Of a stretch of 64,000 nt of DNA, positions 36,792-49,982 are shown in pieces; within the stretch, counting starts at the first letter, position 1; the number at the start of each line of letters is the position of its first letter. This DNA comes from Camelus dromedarius. Taxonomy: Eukaryota. Made by a program: the position numbers and the translations under genes. Below the pieces are notes generated by a model. It ran no database searches. It was not told where the DNA came from and saw only the letters and a list, made by a program, of their open reading frames with translations. The DNA is taken from the NCBI RefSeq assembly GCF_036321535.1, contig NC_087447.1, forward strand, positions 49,230,001-49,294,000. The letters are read 5' to 3'.

Positions 36792-38242
36792 AGGGCGACT
36801 TTCTGACTGGCTAGCTGAGCAGCTGCAGGACAGGTGGCCAACTGATAGCCCAAATAGACAGCCCCCTTAAAGGACAGTGAACTAGTGGACCAGTGACTTA
36901 CCAGTTGATGGACATGAGTGTGCCTGTGTGCATGACCAGCCACGTGACCCACCAACAGGCACACAGACCACCTGCCTGCCAGCTCTGGGGCTATTGGCTG
37001 CCAGCCCTTGGAACCATCTGGCTTACGTGGAACCCCAAAGCCTGGGTGTCCACCTGGGGGAGAAAGGGGCTGGAAATTTTTCCTGAGGCCTGGCTTCCAG
37101 CCTCTCCCCTCATTCCTACATGACACCCTGGCCTAGCCCAGGTTTACTCCCACAGCTGCCCTCTCTCCTGTCAGGGCTAGCCCTTAAAAAAGCCTTCACA
37201 GGACAGGAACAGCCTCAGAGATGACACATGAAGTGGACACACAACCTTGGACTCAGGACCCTCCTTCTAGGGGGAGTTCTATCCCTTATCAGGGAGTCAG
37301 ACTGCCTATTGCCAGCCCCTCTGTAGAGGCCTCTAGCCCAAGGAAGGGCTCAAAGGGGACTGACAACCTGTCTAACTAGCCCTTTTCAGTGAGCAACTGG
37401 CCACCCAACACACTGGTGGCTGCTCTCAGAACCCAGGAGGACGGGCACAGGGCTTCCCTCCTCCACCCAGAGGCTCACGCTATATACTGGTCCAAGGGAA
37501 GGCAGGAGGTTCTGAGCTGGTCCATTGACCTTTTCCCCTGGCTTAACCATCCCCCTGGTTTCTTTCAGAGCAGAGGATCCAGGTCGGTGATTTCTTTCCT
37601 CTCAGCCTCAGCTCCAGCCTCATCATCTGGTTGGCCTGGCCCCTGGTGGGGGCACTGCTGACTTCCAGGTGGCCTGGCTAGGTTTGGTTGGGCTGAGACA
37701 GAGAAGAGTGTTGTGCTTCTTCCCCGCATCAAATCTGCACAAGGAGTGCAGAGTGATATTGAGGTCAACTCCTGGGCTTGAGTCCCTGCACCAGTGTGAG
37801 CCAGTGGAGCTGGTGACCTTCGAGCCTCTGTTCCTTGGCAACAGTATAGAGATCAGGAAAGCACCAAAGGCACAGTTGTGGAGAGGCGTCACCAGCAAGC
37901 AGAATGTGCATGTAAGCCTTTACATACATGAAAAGCATGTAGCACAGCTTCTGCACTATAGTAAGTGACTGGTCTCTAGTGGTGAGAGAAACTGGGGTTT
38001 CGAAATGGTTCAGTTTCCTCTGGGCGAGTTTGCTTAGAACCCTCCACCCCCTCTTCTTCAAAGTGACTTCCACAGAGCCTCACCCCCACTTCCCTTTCCT
38101 AGGCAAGCCCCTTCCTTATCAACTCCCTGTCAGGGGTCACTTTTATTTCAATATCTCCTTGTTTCCTCTTGAGTGTTCATGCCCCACAAAAGGGACTCCT
38201 CCCCAGCCACACACACTTCCATTTCTTCAGCCAAATTCCTCG

Positions 38243-39022
38243 AGACATTTTCCCAAAGAAGATATGGCCAATAAGCAAAGAAAAGATTCTCACCATCATT
38301 AGTCATTAGGGAAATGCAAATCAAAACCACATAAGATATAATTTCACACCCATGAGGATGTTTATAATCAAAAAGACAGACAATAATAAGTATTAGCAAG
38401 AATGTGGAGAAACTGGAACCATCATCCATTACTAGCAGGAGTGTAAAATGGCGTTGGAAAATAGTTTGACAGTTCCTCAAAAAGTTAAACATAGGGTTAC
38501 TATATGACCCAGAAATTTGACTTCTGGCTACATACCAAAGAGAATTGAGAACCTATGTCTACACAGAAATTTATGTATGAATGTTCACCATACTTAAAAT
38601 AACCCAAATGTCCATCAGCAGGTAAATGGATAAACAAAATGTGATTGATATACACTGGAATGTTATTCAGCCATAAAAGGGAATGAAGTACTGATCCACG
38701 CTACATGGATGAACCTTGAAATGTTATGTTAAAGAGAAAGAAGTCAGTCACAAAACACCATATACTGTATGATTTAATTTATATGAGTGTGTCTGAAATA
38801 TTCAGAATAGGCAAATCCAGAGAGCCAGAAAATAGATTAGTGGTTGTCAGGAGTGGTGGGGGGGGAGGGAGGAATGGGAGAGACTGCTAATAGTTATGAG
38901 ATTTCTTACTGGGGTGATGAAAATGTTCTGGAATTAGATAGTGGTGGTCTATATAACTTTTTGAATATACTCAAACTACTGAATTGTATACTCTGAAAGG
39001 GTAGATTTTATGGTATGTGAAT
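38243..39022 (+). mobile_element. Old L1 (L1MB/MC-like) ORF2 end and 3'UTR fragment
   Basis: catcattagtcattagggaaatgcaaatcaaaaccac...aatgtccatca...catggatgaaccttgaa...gggtgatgaaaatgttctggaattagatagtggt. Confidence 0.85.
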
Positions 39023-40216
39023 CAGGCTTCTAGGCACCTTGGGTAAGGAACACAAAACCCTCACTGGTGGTGGATGCAGGCCTCTAAAGCCCCTTCCCAG
39101 GGTTTGCCTCCCAGGTCTGGAGATGGAGTGAGAGTCCCCATACCCCTTCCTTGGGTCAGAGGTGTCCTCAGGGCAGTTTTCAGGCTCCAGAAGGAACTTG
39201 TTGAATGAAGGGGAAACTCCTGCCAGGTTGAGAGGCATCTGAGACAATGGAGAGGCTTCCGCAGGACGTGGGGCCCCAGGAGGGGAGGTAGGTCAATGAG
39301 GCCTTTCTTGGGCTGCTAGGAGGTGCAGGTGTTTTTCATCTAAATGGAGGAGTGGAGTTTCCCAAGGCAAGACTTCCAGGCTCCTTGCTGAGATTAAACG
39401 TTGAGACCCTGGAGATACCTCTGAAGGGGCTCAGCTTTCCTCTCATTGCAGTGAGTGGGAGACTGACATGATTAACATGGTTGCCATAGGAGGAAAACCA
39501 GACATGCATAATGGGGCCAAGGATCCAGATTCTAACCCAGCTCTACCTCCTGAGTCGTCGTCACACTTAGGGCCTCAGTTTGTCCGGTGTAGGTGGGCAG
39601 AGGGTTAAATGGGATGATCTCTGAGGGCTCTTTCTGCACAGACCAGCAGCATGGTTCATGTATGATTTGGGCGTTGGGCTGGTTAGCTCTGTGGTTACAC
39701 AAGGTGGTGCCCTGTGGAGGTGCTAGTATCTGTTCCAAACTATCCCCAGGTAAAGCCTTTATGCCCTGACTTTGGACCAAGCCTTGACCCTGCACCTGGC
39801 CCTAGGCCTCTGAACCTAAACTGAGCCAAACAGACCCAGAGCAGACTCAGCCGCCAGGAGCATCAGATGTCTCACAGCTATAGGCCCTAGGGAGGGCTCA
39901 GGCTGTGTATTTCTGCACCGGGGCCTCCACTTGAAGGTTATGTGGCAGCATCAGCAGCTTCTCCCTAGAAGGAAGCTTTATGCTGGGAATGGAATGAAGG
40001 TGTGAAATAGGTGGTCCCAGTGGGATCTGGCCGGCAAGAGCACATGGAGCACACACCCACCCTTAAGAAGAGCCCTGCCAGCACCTGGGATGCAGAAAAG
40101 CTGACAGTGCTTTGACTCAGGTTCTCACCAACCCCTGAAACACCTTGGGCTGCCTGGGTCAGGGCTGTTCTATGGGATTGCATCTCCACTCTCACCCCCT
40201 TGCTGTCTGTCCACAG

Positions 40217-40347
40217 GGCCAGTGGGTAAGGAGCTCCGGATGCCCAACAAACACATGAAGGCCATGGTGGACACAGAAGATGCACCTGGAGGCAAATGTA
40301 GCCCAAATCCTCAGGACTTGCGGCCAAGTGTGTTCCACAGCATCAAG
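40217..40347 (+). CDS. SLCO2B1: SLCO2B1 coding exon 2 (131 nt)
   Basis: ccacag|GG CCA GTG...(PVGKELRMPNKHMKAMVDTEDAPGGKCSPNPQDLRPSVFHSIK)|gtacct. Confidence 0.95.
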
Positions 40348-41470
40348 GTACCTCTCAAGGACTGGCAGGAGCAGGACCATCTGAGCCCAGCAGAGCAGGC
40401 TTTGCCACCTACTGGCTGTGAAATGCCAAGCAAGTTGCTGCCTTTCTCTGAGCCTCAGTTTTCTCATCTGTAAATGGATGGCTATGAGGATTAAAGGGAT
40501 GATCTATAAAAGCACTTCACTTGGCTTCAGGCACATGCTATCTCTTTCCAGAGGGGCTGCTCTGTGGGCAATGGGGGACGAGTCTTCTTGCCTCCTGTTT
40601 TTCTAGTGGGAAAGAGAAGGACCCCAGGGATCTTGAACCTCTCTGAATACTGGGAGCTCTGGCTCCACCAAGGGCAGCTCTAAATGTCCAAGCATCCACC
40701 AGCACCTACAGGGTGCCAGGAGCCATTCCCACTTGGTCTTACTTAGTTCTCACAATAACCCAGGGAGGTAGGGATGTCATCCTTGTCCCACAGATGAAGA
40801 AACTGAGACGCAGAAGAACAAACACTCTATTTTTTAAGCTCTGGCATAAACACCCTATTTTTAATTTTTTGAAACAAGTTTTTCTTCTCTTAGGCATTCT
40901 GCCAGTTTTTCAGGAGGGCTAAAGACAGGTGGGGTGTTTGAGTGAGGCTGGGTGGGGTGGGGTTGGGCAGCTTGGGGGTTTGCTGTGTGCAGGTGGTCTC
41001 CCAGGGGAGTTCCAGGGGAGGACTGGATGGGGTGGGGAGGGGTGGGGATCTGGGAAGCTTCCTGGGGAGAGGGCAGAGTGGTGGAATAGGACGGGGGTCC
41101 AGTCCAGCCTGCAGGAGCTCTGAGGGTCAGATAGTCTCCCATCATTCTCGGCCTCATAAAGACCCTGCTCTCAGTCATGCGGCTCCTGGGTCACCCCCAG
41201 ACCCCCGGGGTACCCAGGACAGCTTTTCTAGTTTTTAAGCCTGTGTAGAAAACCATGCACTACACCAATAATTCTTTCTCTCTCCTCTTGCTCCGGACTC
41301 TCCCTTACTCTTTCTCCTCCTGTGTGTCTGTCTCCTCTGGCTCTGTTTCTCTGTTTTGCTATCTTCTGCCTCGCTTTCCCTCCCTTTCTCCAACTCTGTC
41401 TCTGCCTTTCTACCTGCCAACCCCATTTGTCTTCCCACCTGTCTCCTGCCCCTCTGCCCGCTGCCCATAG

Positions 41471-41608
41471 TTCTTCATCCTGTGCCACAGCTTCCTGCAG
41501 CTGGCGCAGCTCATGATCTCCGGCTACCTCAAGAGCTCCATCTCCACGGTGGAGAAGCGCTTTGGCCTCTCCAGTCAGACTTCGGGGCTGCTGGCTGCCT
41601 TCAACGAG
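41471..41608 (+). CDS. SLCO2B1: SLCO2B1 coding exon 3 (138 nt)
   Basis: ccatag|[46 protein letters not shown]|gtactg. Confidence 0.96.
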
Positions 41609-42946
41609 GTACTGGTCCTGGCACAGCTGCAGGGGTGGACACTGAGGGAGACTCACACCCCCATTCTCCCCACCATCTCCCTCACTACCCCAACGTAAAC
41701 TGTTACCCCAAGGGCCACATGCAATCCCATCACAGCTCTCTTCTATTGATCCCACCCTTGGAGACATGAGGGATTTTAGAGACAGCCAGGGTCCCTGTAT
41801 CCACCCAATCTCCCTTTGGTTCCTTGACGTTTTCAGATGCCCAGCTATTGCCTGGGAAGGAATTATAGGAAGTCACCTCAACAGTAATGGAGAGGTTTAA
41901 ATTAGATCAAAGGCAGAACTTTGAGACCTTGGGGTGGTGGGGGGAGGGGATGATACCACAGCATGGAATTGCCCCAGGATCCACAGGCCTCTGCCTCTGG
42001 GCCGACAGCCAAGCCGCAAGGAGTGGACAGGCTGCTTTGTGTGGATTTGGAGATCAGAGTCCAGCTGTGTCCAGCCCCTCCCCCACCAGACATTTTCACC
42101 CTCGGAGAAGGCCACTGTCCAGAAAACACTCTTTCTCTGCCACTTCCAGGAGATTTCTGTGAAATTCTCTCCCCCTAGTGTGATGTGTCACATTTCTCCC
42201 AACCCAAGGCCTGCAGTCTACACCACATCCCCAGTGTTCCTTAGCACCCCACCTCCAGATCTCAGAGGTGGGAAGGAAACATCAGTACTAGCTCTGAGGC
42301 CTTGGGCAAGTCATTCCCAACTCTAGACCTCAGTGTCCCATCTATGTATTGGAGAGACTGTCCTTTCCAGGGTCAGTCCTCTCACTGACCCTCTGCTGAT
42401 AATGCCCCATTCCATTGTCAAGGAGCCTGGGGCTAAGGGGGTGAGTACCTCACCTGCGGTCACCAGCCAGTAAGCAGCAGAGTGGGGTGCACACCCCAGA
42501 TTCTGACAGCAGAGCCTGCCTCTTCCCTGCAAGCTCTCAAATCCCCTCCGGCACCCACATCCAAGGATTTTGATTCTAAGGCTGGAAAGTCTAAGCCTTA
42601 GTCCTCTGGCTTTAGACTTTCTTTATTTGTTTCTCATTCATGACATCCCAGAAGCTCAAACCCCTTTCCCCGAATGCCCTATCACCCCATGTTCTAACAT
42701 GGGGTCCAACCCACATTCTAGAATGAAATTAAACTTCTTACCTTGTCTACTCTGCTCTTATTTCTCTCCCCTAATAGGGCAGTGGGGCCTTTCCTAGAAG
42801 GACCCAGAATCTGTGTTTTTAAGGGGGACCCAAATGATTCTTACTCAGCCAGCTAGTCCATTATACAGATGGGAACACTGAGATTGGTGATAGTGACAAG
42901 GACAGCCCTCTGCAACACTTTAATAGGTCCCCTCATCCCTTTGCAG

Positions 42947-43109
42947 GTGGGGAACACAGCCCTGATTGTGTTTGTGAGCTATTTTGGCAGCCGGGTACAT
43001 AGGCCCCGACTGATTGGCTATGGGGCTATCCTTGTGACCCTGGCAGGCGTGCTCATGACTGTCCCGCACTTCATCTCAGAGCCGTACCGCTATGACCACA
43101 CCAGCTCTG
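42947..43109 (+). CDS. SLCO2B1: SLCO2B1 coding exon 4 (163 nt)
   Basis: ttgcag|VGNTALIVFVSYFGSRVHRPRLIGYGAILVTLAGVLMTVPHFISEPYRYDHTSS|gtaaga. Confidence 0.96.
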
Positions 43110-45615
43110 GTAAGAACAGGAGGGGCTGGGCTGGAGGTAGACATGAGCTGCCACATTATCGTGTACCAGGGTCCATTCCCAGGCCTCCATCAGTCAGGAT
43201 GGGTCCAGCTTCCCGGAACACCTGCTAGTCCTCTGCACCCCACCCCACTGCCTCCCTCGGTGTCAGCCCAGGCAGATACCTCTGGCAGTCCTGGGCAGTG
43301 GGATAGGTTGTAGTCCTGGGGCAGAAAGATGAGGCCCTCTGGGCCTCTCTTGGTGATGTCTTGTTTGTATGTCAGTGCTTTTTTTTTTTTTGAGGTGCGG
43401 GGGAATTTACAACACAGCCTACTTTAGGGCCTGGCATGTGTAGGTCCTCAGGAAATGTTTGTTGGAGTAATAACAGTATCACACACCATTTACTATGCAC
43501 CACTGTTCTAAACATTCTATGTGTATTGATGCATTTAATCCTCAGAAGCCAAGACGTTGATGAAAGAATGAATGAGTGAATGAACAAATTTAAAAAAATG
43601 AGTTTTATTCTATTTTATTTTATTTTTTTAAATGTAAGAGTTTTAGACAAGAATAGTGAAATCTCTGTTCCGCCCAGTGGGGTTTTGTTGAGAGCCAGTT
43701 GGACAGATGGATGCCTGTCTCTTGCAGAATGACCCAAGCAGCCTCCCCCCTCCCATCCACTTATCCACCCATTTACCCATCCATCCACCCATCCAGATAT
43801 GACCAACCCTGAGAAGCTCTAAGGGGAGCGTGGGTTAGCATGAGCACTGGCAGCTCTGCTGCAGGGTAGAGATTCCAGCACCCTGGGAGCCAGTAGAGCC
43901 CCAAATAGGGGAAGGACATGAGGCTGGGTGATGGGGAGGAGCTGCAATGTGGGAGAAGGTGGGCATTTCAGGTGGAGAGAGCCACATGGGCAATGGCTGG
44001 GAAGTGGGACAATCCAGGAAGAAAGCAGAGTGGTCATCTAGGCCTGAGTGGAGAGCTGTCAAGGGGCCTGATTGGGATACCGAAAAATTACACTTCCTCA
44101 CATTTCCCTGTCCAGAATTTTCACTGCAGCAGAGATTTTCCTTTGCGGGGTCACACATGGTCTTCTTCATCCTCACTGCAACACCCTTCTGCTCCCTATG
44201 AAACCCCAAGCAAAACCCTTCTGTCTGAGCTTCAGTCTCCACATCTGTTCAATGGGTGGACCAGACTCATTGGCTTCCAAGCACCCATCCGGCTCTGACA
44301 TTCAAGGCTATTACATTCACTCATTCCTCACTCAATATTAATTAAGTATTTATCATTAATATTTATGTGCCAGGCCCTCTGCTCGGCATGGAGACTCAGG
44401 GGTGGAAAAAGAAGACAGACCCCTATGATAATCCTCATATCTGATATCTAGTAAGCACTGAGCATAAGCACCACTCACCACTCTTAATGCTTACAGCCCT
44501 TGGAGGGGTGTTATCATTATCCTATTTTAAAGGGGGGAAAATGAGACTTGGAGAGGGAAGGACTTCATGGCCCATGGCTAGTGGAGCCTGCCTGGGTAGC
44601 CTACTCTCAACTACTAGATTATTCTGCATCTGAGTTCTGTATTTCTGTAGAACTTCCATTCTAGGAGGCTTATTAGAGAGATGAGGAAACCGAGGCCCAG
44701 AGGTGCTGAGGGCCTTTTGAAGTTTTACTGTCTTCAACCCAGGCAGCCTTGGTGAGGGTCCAGTTCCTCCTTGACCTAGGTTCACATTGCTTTTTTCAGC
44801 CCTAGAGAGTAGCTCTCTGGGCAAGGTTGACATGGCTCAGGGCCCTGGCTCCCAGGAAGGGCAAGGCCAGCCACAGAGACAAGGCCACTTTTACACCCAC
44901 ATTTGGGATAAAAATAGCATGAGGGTCTCTTTAAGTTTTCTCACTAAATATTGGTGAGCTACAAGGAAACAAATGTCTGGTACTAATTTAAGAAATTTCC
45001 CTTTACTGCACCCTGCGTCTGTGTCCCGAGCTGACACCAAGCCCTCCCCAAAATGAAGGCCAAGGCCACTAGAGCCCTCCACAATCCAGACCCAGCATCC
45101 ACCCCTTGCCTGGCCCTACATTTAGCCCTGTCCTTGACCCTCACACTCTGTAAGCCAGACGTACTGAACTTCTCAAGCCCCCGGTTTTGCATGTGCTGTG
45201 GCCTCTTCCTGAACACTCCTCCCTGCCTTCTCTTCTGGAAAATCTTGTTTGTTCTTCTCCACCCAGTTCAAACTATACCTCCTTTGACCACCCCACCCCA
45301 CCCCCACCCAAGAGCCACCGTTGCCATGGCACTTCCACATACCTCTCTGCTCAGAGAGGTGGCATAAGGTGGTTTAAGAGCATAGACGGGAAGCTGGACT
45401 GCTTGGGTTCCAATCCTGTCTCTACCCCTTGTTAGTTGCTGCCTGAGCATCAGTTTTCTTATCTGTGAAATGGGAGTAATGATAGCATTCCCTCCCCTGG
45501 GTTTGTTGTGGGGCTAAGATGATTTATATACACGACATTTAGAATAGTACCTTGCATCATTAAGCCCTATGTAAGTCTTAGCTATTGTCCTAATATTTTT
45601 TTTATCATCTCTCAG

Positions 45616-45849
45616 TGGACATGCCACAGGACTTGGAGGCTTCCCTGTGCCTGCCTGCCACCGACACCCCCACCTCAGCCCCATCCAACAGCAGCTGCTC
45701 AGGCTACACGGAGGTCCAGCATCTGACCATGGTGGGGATAATGTTCATGGCCCAGACCCTGCTTGGTGTGGGCAGTGTGCCCATTCAGCCCTTTGGCATC
45801 TCCTACATTGATGACTTTGCCCACAACAGCAACTCGCCCCTCTACCTTG
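45616..45849 (+). CDS. SLCO2B1: SLCO2B1 coding exon 5 (234 nt)
   Basis: tctcag|(V)[13 protein letters not shown]...[33 protein letters not shown]|gtgagg. Confidence 0.96.
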
Positions 45850-46100
45850 GTGAGGACTCATCCCCACCTTGGGCTCTGAGGGAGGGCCAGGTTCACATAG
45901 GAGGACAAGAGGCCCAAGTCGAGCTGAGCTGAGACCCTGACCTCTGCACCATGTGATCAATAAGGTCTGGAGAAGCCCTGGAAAACTACTTGGGCCTGGC
46001 CAGGGGAGATGGTCTGCTCTTGCCCACTGGAGACTGGGCAGACAGTGACCTGTGGAGGGAAGTTGGGTCAGAGGGGCCTAACCCAGGCTTCCTATTGCAG

Positions 46101-46199
46101 GGATCCTGTTTGCAGTGACCACGATGGGGCCAGGCATGGCCTATGGGCTTGGCAGCCTCATGCTGCGCCTTTACGTGGACATTGACCGAATGCCAGAAG
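46101..46199 (+). CDS. SLCO2B1: SLCO2B1 coding exon 6 (99 nt)
   Basis: ttgcag|(G)ILFAVTTMGPGMAYGLGSLMLRLYVDIDRMPE|gtgagc. Confidence 0.96.
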
Positions 46200-47834
46200 G
46201 TGAGCCTCAGAGCACACAGCTGTCTCCAGGGGCACGCAGACACAGCTGACTGACCATTGGTCTCATAGGAGATACTGAGCCAGGGTCCCAGGTTCAAACC
46301 CCAACAATCCCACTGACCTTGGACATGATGACTCTTAACCTCTCTGAGCCTCAGCTTTCTCATCTTTGAGATACTCTCTGTCCTGACCCCATCCAAAAGC
46401 TGCAGTCAGAATGCAGTGAGATGGTAGAGATAAGCTATAAGGTGTCATTGGATGGGGAGTTGTGGTTGTTGCCTCTATTGTTACGAATTTTCACCTAGTT
46501 CCACCTCTGAGCTCCCTTAGCCCCAGTTTAGATACACTGTGGGGCAGACAAAGCCACTACTCTCTTGTCCTGTAGGGCACCCCCATCTTTATAGGCAACA
46601 AGCCCCAGGTGAAACAGGGAGGACACTGGCATGCTGAACAGAACTTCAGAGTAGGACTCAGCTACCCTGGGCCCATCTCGGTTGGGAAATCTACTGGGTG
46701 ACCTCTGAAGACCCGTCTAGTTCTGACCATCTCATAGCCTGGCAACCTGTGCCAAGGGCACCATTTGGGGAACAGAAATCTCTGGTCCAGGTAGTGGTGA
46801 GGGTGGGCCAAGGAGTGGGACCAAAGTTTGGTCTGAAGGCAGCCAGGAGGGAGGAGTGTTGGAGGTCCCTGAGCTCTGGCGCCTGGTGGGAGTGGGAGTG
46901 GATTCTTTTTAGACCAGGTCACTGTGGCATCTCATCTGCCCACCAAGCAGCCTGAGCCTCCAGTTCTGCCCTCTGTCTCCTGCTGCTCAGATGTCCAATC
47001 CTTCACCTGGAGATTTTCCAGCAAGCCCTAGAAGCCTCCGGTGACACATGTATGGAGAGATGGACATGCAGACAGTATTTCTTGTTCTTTGGCTTTTGCC
47101 CAAGAGTACCTCTAGTCAAGACAAGTCTAGGCAGCTCTGAACAAGAGTCACTAGGGATAGCCCTACCCTACCTCCCTTCCTTCTAGAAAGCTGGGCTCAG
47201 GAGCCAAATGTGGGCTCTGGTTGCAACTCCTGTCTCCCTTGATGGAATAGTCCTGAGAGTCAGGGAGTCAGTTTCCCACACACACTCCAGCTCAGGAGAA
47301 AGGAGTATGCTTCTGGCTCTGTTGACATCATCCTGGCAGTTGTGGCACCTCCACAGGCAGATGTGGCATTCCTGTGGTCCAATGTGCCACCTCCAGGATC
47401 CTTCTTTCTCACTGGGGGATTTCATGGGTTGGGCAGATCATGTCCACCACAGGCACAGACTGGTATGTGAGAAGCAGAGGATTTGAGGAGACACATGGCT
47501 CCATCCTGAGGCTCCAGCCTCTCTCCAGCCTGGCACAGAAGCCGGGGGAATAATAAGTGGAGGAGGGAATCAGTTCAACAGCCAACTCCACCCCCAGCTT
47601 TACAGATACATTTGTTGAGTGCTGACTGCGTACTCTGGCCCTTGTCCAGGAGGAGCTCAGAATTAAGCACCTGAGAACCAGCTCCATTCAGGTTGGTGTC
47701 ATTACTGATTTGTATTGTTATAAAGTACTTGCAGATGCTTTGGCAATTGAAGGAGGAGGCACCCAACTCAGTCCTGGGGTCAAGAGATTTGATGGGAGAT
47801 GTGGGTCCTCCAGGCAGGAGGTGGTACATATGGG

Positions 47835-48018
47835 ATAATCTTCTCCTAATTACACCTGGAGGGGAATCAAGATCACCTAGGGAACTTGTAAAAGGTACAG
47901 ATTCCTTGGCCACCTTCCCATCCCATCCTGTGGAAGTTCGAAGTTGGTGTTGAGTAAGGCCAGCTATTTTGACAAGCACCCCTAGTGATTTTAATCATTA
48001 CACAGGTCTGAGAACCAC
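47835..48018. mobile_element. MER5-like hAT-Charlie remnant
   Basis: atcacctagggaacttgtaaaaggtacagattcctt...ttttgacaagcacccctagtgatt...tctgagaaccac. Confidence 0.65.
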
Positions 48019-48523
48019 AAGTGTCGTCCTAAGCATTAGTTTAATGATAATAATAACTGCAATAGTAACAGTAAACAAAAAGCAAACACTTATACAGACA
48101 TTCTGTGTTCCAGCACTATTCTAAGTACTTTACATGTATTAGCTTCTATGAGTCTCACAACAACCCTATCATGTAGGTTACCGCTAATTTCAGTATTTTA
48201 CAGAGGAAGAAACTGAGGCACAAAGAAGTTAAGTATCTTGCCCAAGGTTATGTTAGTAATGGAATTCAGCCCCAGGAGTGCAGTTCCAAAGTCCATAACC
48301 TTGACCATGACACACATTGTCTTAGTAGTTGAAAAAGTTGAGGCCCAGAAAGGGTCAGGGACTTGCTCAGTGTCACATACATAACTGGCAGGGCCACAAC
48401 TGGAACTTAGGTCCCCTGTCTTCCAGCCCAGGTCACCTCCTGTCTCAGAGGTCAGTCCCAGGGTGGTGGCCAAGAAGTGACAGCCCATCCTGACCCTAAC
48501 ATCACCATGGTCTTCTCTTCCAG

Positions 48524-48714
48524 GTGGCATCAGCCTGACCTCAAAGGACCCCCGATGGGTGGGTGCCTGGTGGCTGGGCTTCCTCATCTCTGCTGGTGCA
48601 GTGGCCCTGGCTGCCATCCCCTACTTCTTCTTTCCCAAGGAGATGCCCAAGGAGGGGCATGAGCTTCACTTCTGGCGAAAGGGCTTGGCAGTTTCAGAAG
48701 CACCTGTCAACAAA
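48524..48714 (+). CDS. SLCO2B1: SLCO2B1 coding exon 7 (191 nt), containing the OATP signature
   Basis: Branch-point-like ccctaac, ttccag|(G)GISLTSKDPRWVGAWWLGFLISAGAVALAAIPYFFFPKEMPKEGHELHFWRKGLAVSEAPVNK|gtaagc. Confidence 0.96.
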
Positions 48715-49697
48715 GTAAGCCCCCTCCACACCACATCCTAGTCTAGGCTTCAGCCCTCATCCACATGTCCTCCTTTATAGCATTAAACTTCATCCCTCCG
48801 GGCACTGGACTTCACAGCTTACAAAGCCATTCCTGTCCGGGCTTCATCACATACCCCACAATGTCCTTGCACAGTGAATATTTCCTGCCCCTTTCCATGG
48901 CTGAGGAGATCAAGGGGCAGAGATGGAAGTGACCTGCCCAAGATCACAAGGCCAGCACAGACAGTGCTGGGACCAGAACCCAAGCCTGTCTGAGCCCATG
49001 CCCCTTGCTCTAATCATCACCCTCCTGTCTCATGCTTGTCACTTAAAGTGCTTGGTAGATTCTGAACGTGCTATGAAAATGTTGAGAACTGGGAGGCGGT
49101 GGAGGGTGTGCAAGAGGGTCTGGGAAGACTTCTCTGAAGAGAAGGGAGCTGGGCTTTGAAGGACATGTAGAAGCTCAGAAAGGACAGGGAGGGGCCTTCT
49201 AGTGTGGAAACAGCCTGGGCAAAGGATTTGGCTGTAGAAATTAACCTGGTCTTTCCAGGGACAGTGAGGGGACATACATGTATTGAGTGCCTCCTGGGGC
49301 CAGGCATCAGGCTAGACATGGGCTCAACACGTGGTCTTCACCCTTAAAACAGGCATACCCTGGTCAGGACAGAGACTCTTTGACAAGTAACAACTGGCCA
49401 GGTACTTCAGGGGGGTCTCGCTGAATCCCTCTGCTCGGCTCATGGGGCAAGTGGTCTTCCCTCAGAAGAGGACACTGAGGCCCAGAAGTTGCAAGGATGC
49501 CCCCAAGGTCACAGCTGGTAGAAGAAGGCGGGACCATGTGAACCACTGGGCAGGAGAGATGATTTCAGGCCAAGGGCCTCTAAGTTTTCCAGGGACCCAT
49601 AAAAATATGAAGCCTGAAAAACAGTAAATTGGGTCTAAAATACAAAAGAAAATGACAAAATAGAAATGTCTTATTAATGTCAGCTTCAGTAATTTTT

Positions 49698-49885
49698 TGT
49701 ATATTTTTTGAAGTATATATATTTTTATTGAAGTATAGTCAATTTACAATATTGTGTCATTTCTGGTGTACAGCATAATGCTTCAGTCATACATGAACAT
49801 ACATATATTCATTTTCATATTCTTTTTCACCATAGGTTACTACAAGACATTGAATATAGTCCCCTGTGCTATACAGTATGAACTT
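49698..49885 (-). mobile_element. L1 3' end fragment (artiodactyl-type)
   Basis: tttattgaagtatagtcaatttacaat...tgaatatagtcccctgtgctatacagta; degenerate TSD tgt(c/t)agcttca(g/t)taattttt. Confidence 0.8.
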
Positions 49886-49982
49886 ATTGTTAGCTTCATT
49901 AATTTTTCTTTAATAATTAACACACATTTCATCACATTCTGGTATTTGTACCTTAGATTTTCTTTTTCCCCATACATGGGAG

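Noticed and set aside
36500..38000. Possible alternative (liver-type) first exon of SLCO2B1 in intron 1
   Set aside because: Expected from human biology, and TATA-like and donor-like motifs exist (~37481, 37912, 37961), but no boundaries or clear HNF4 site can be supported from sequence alone.
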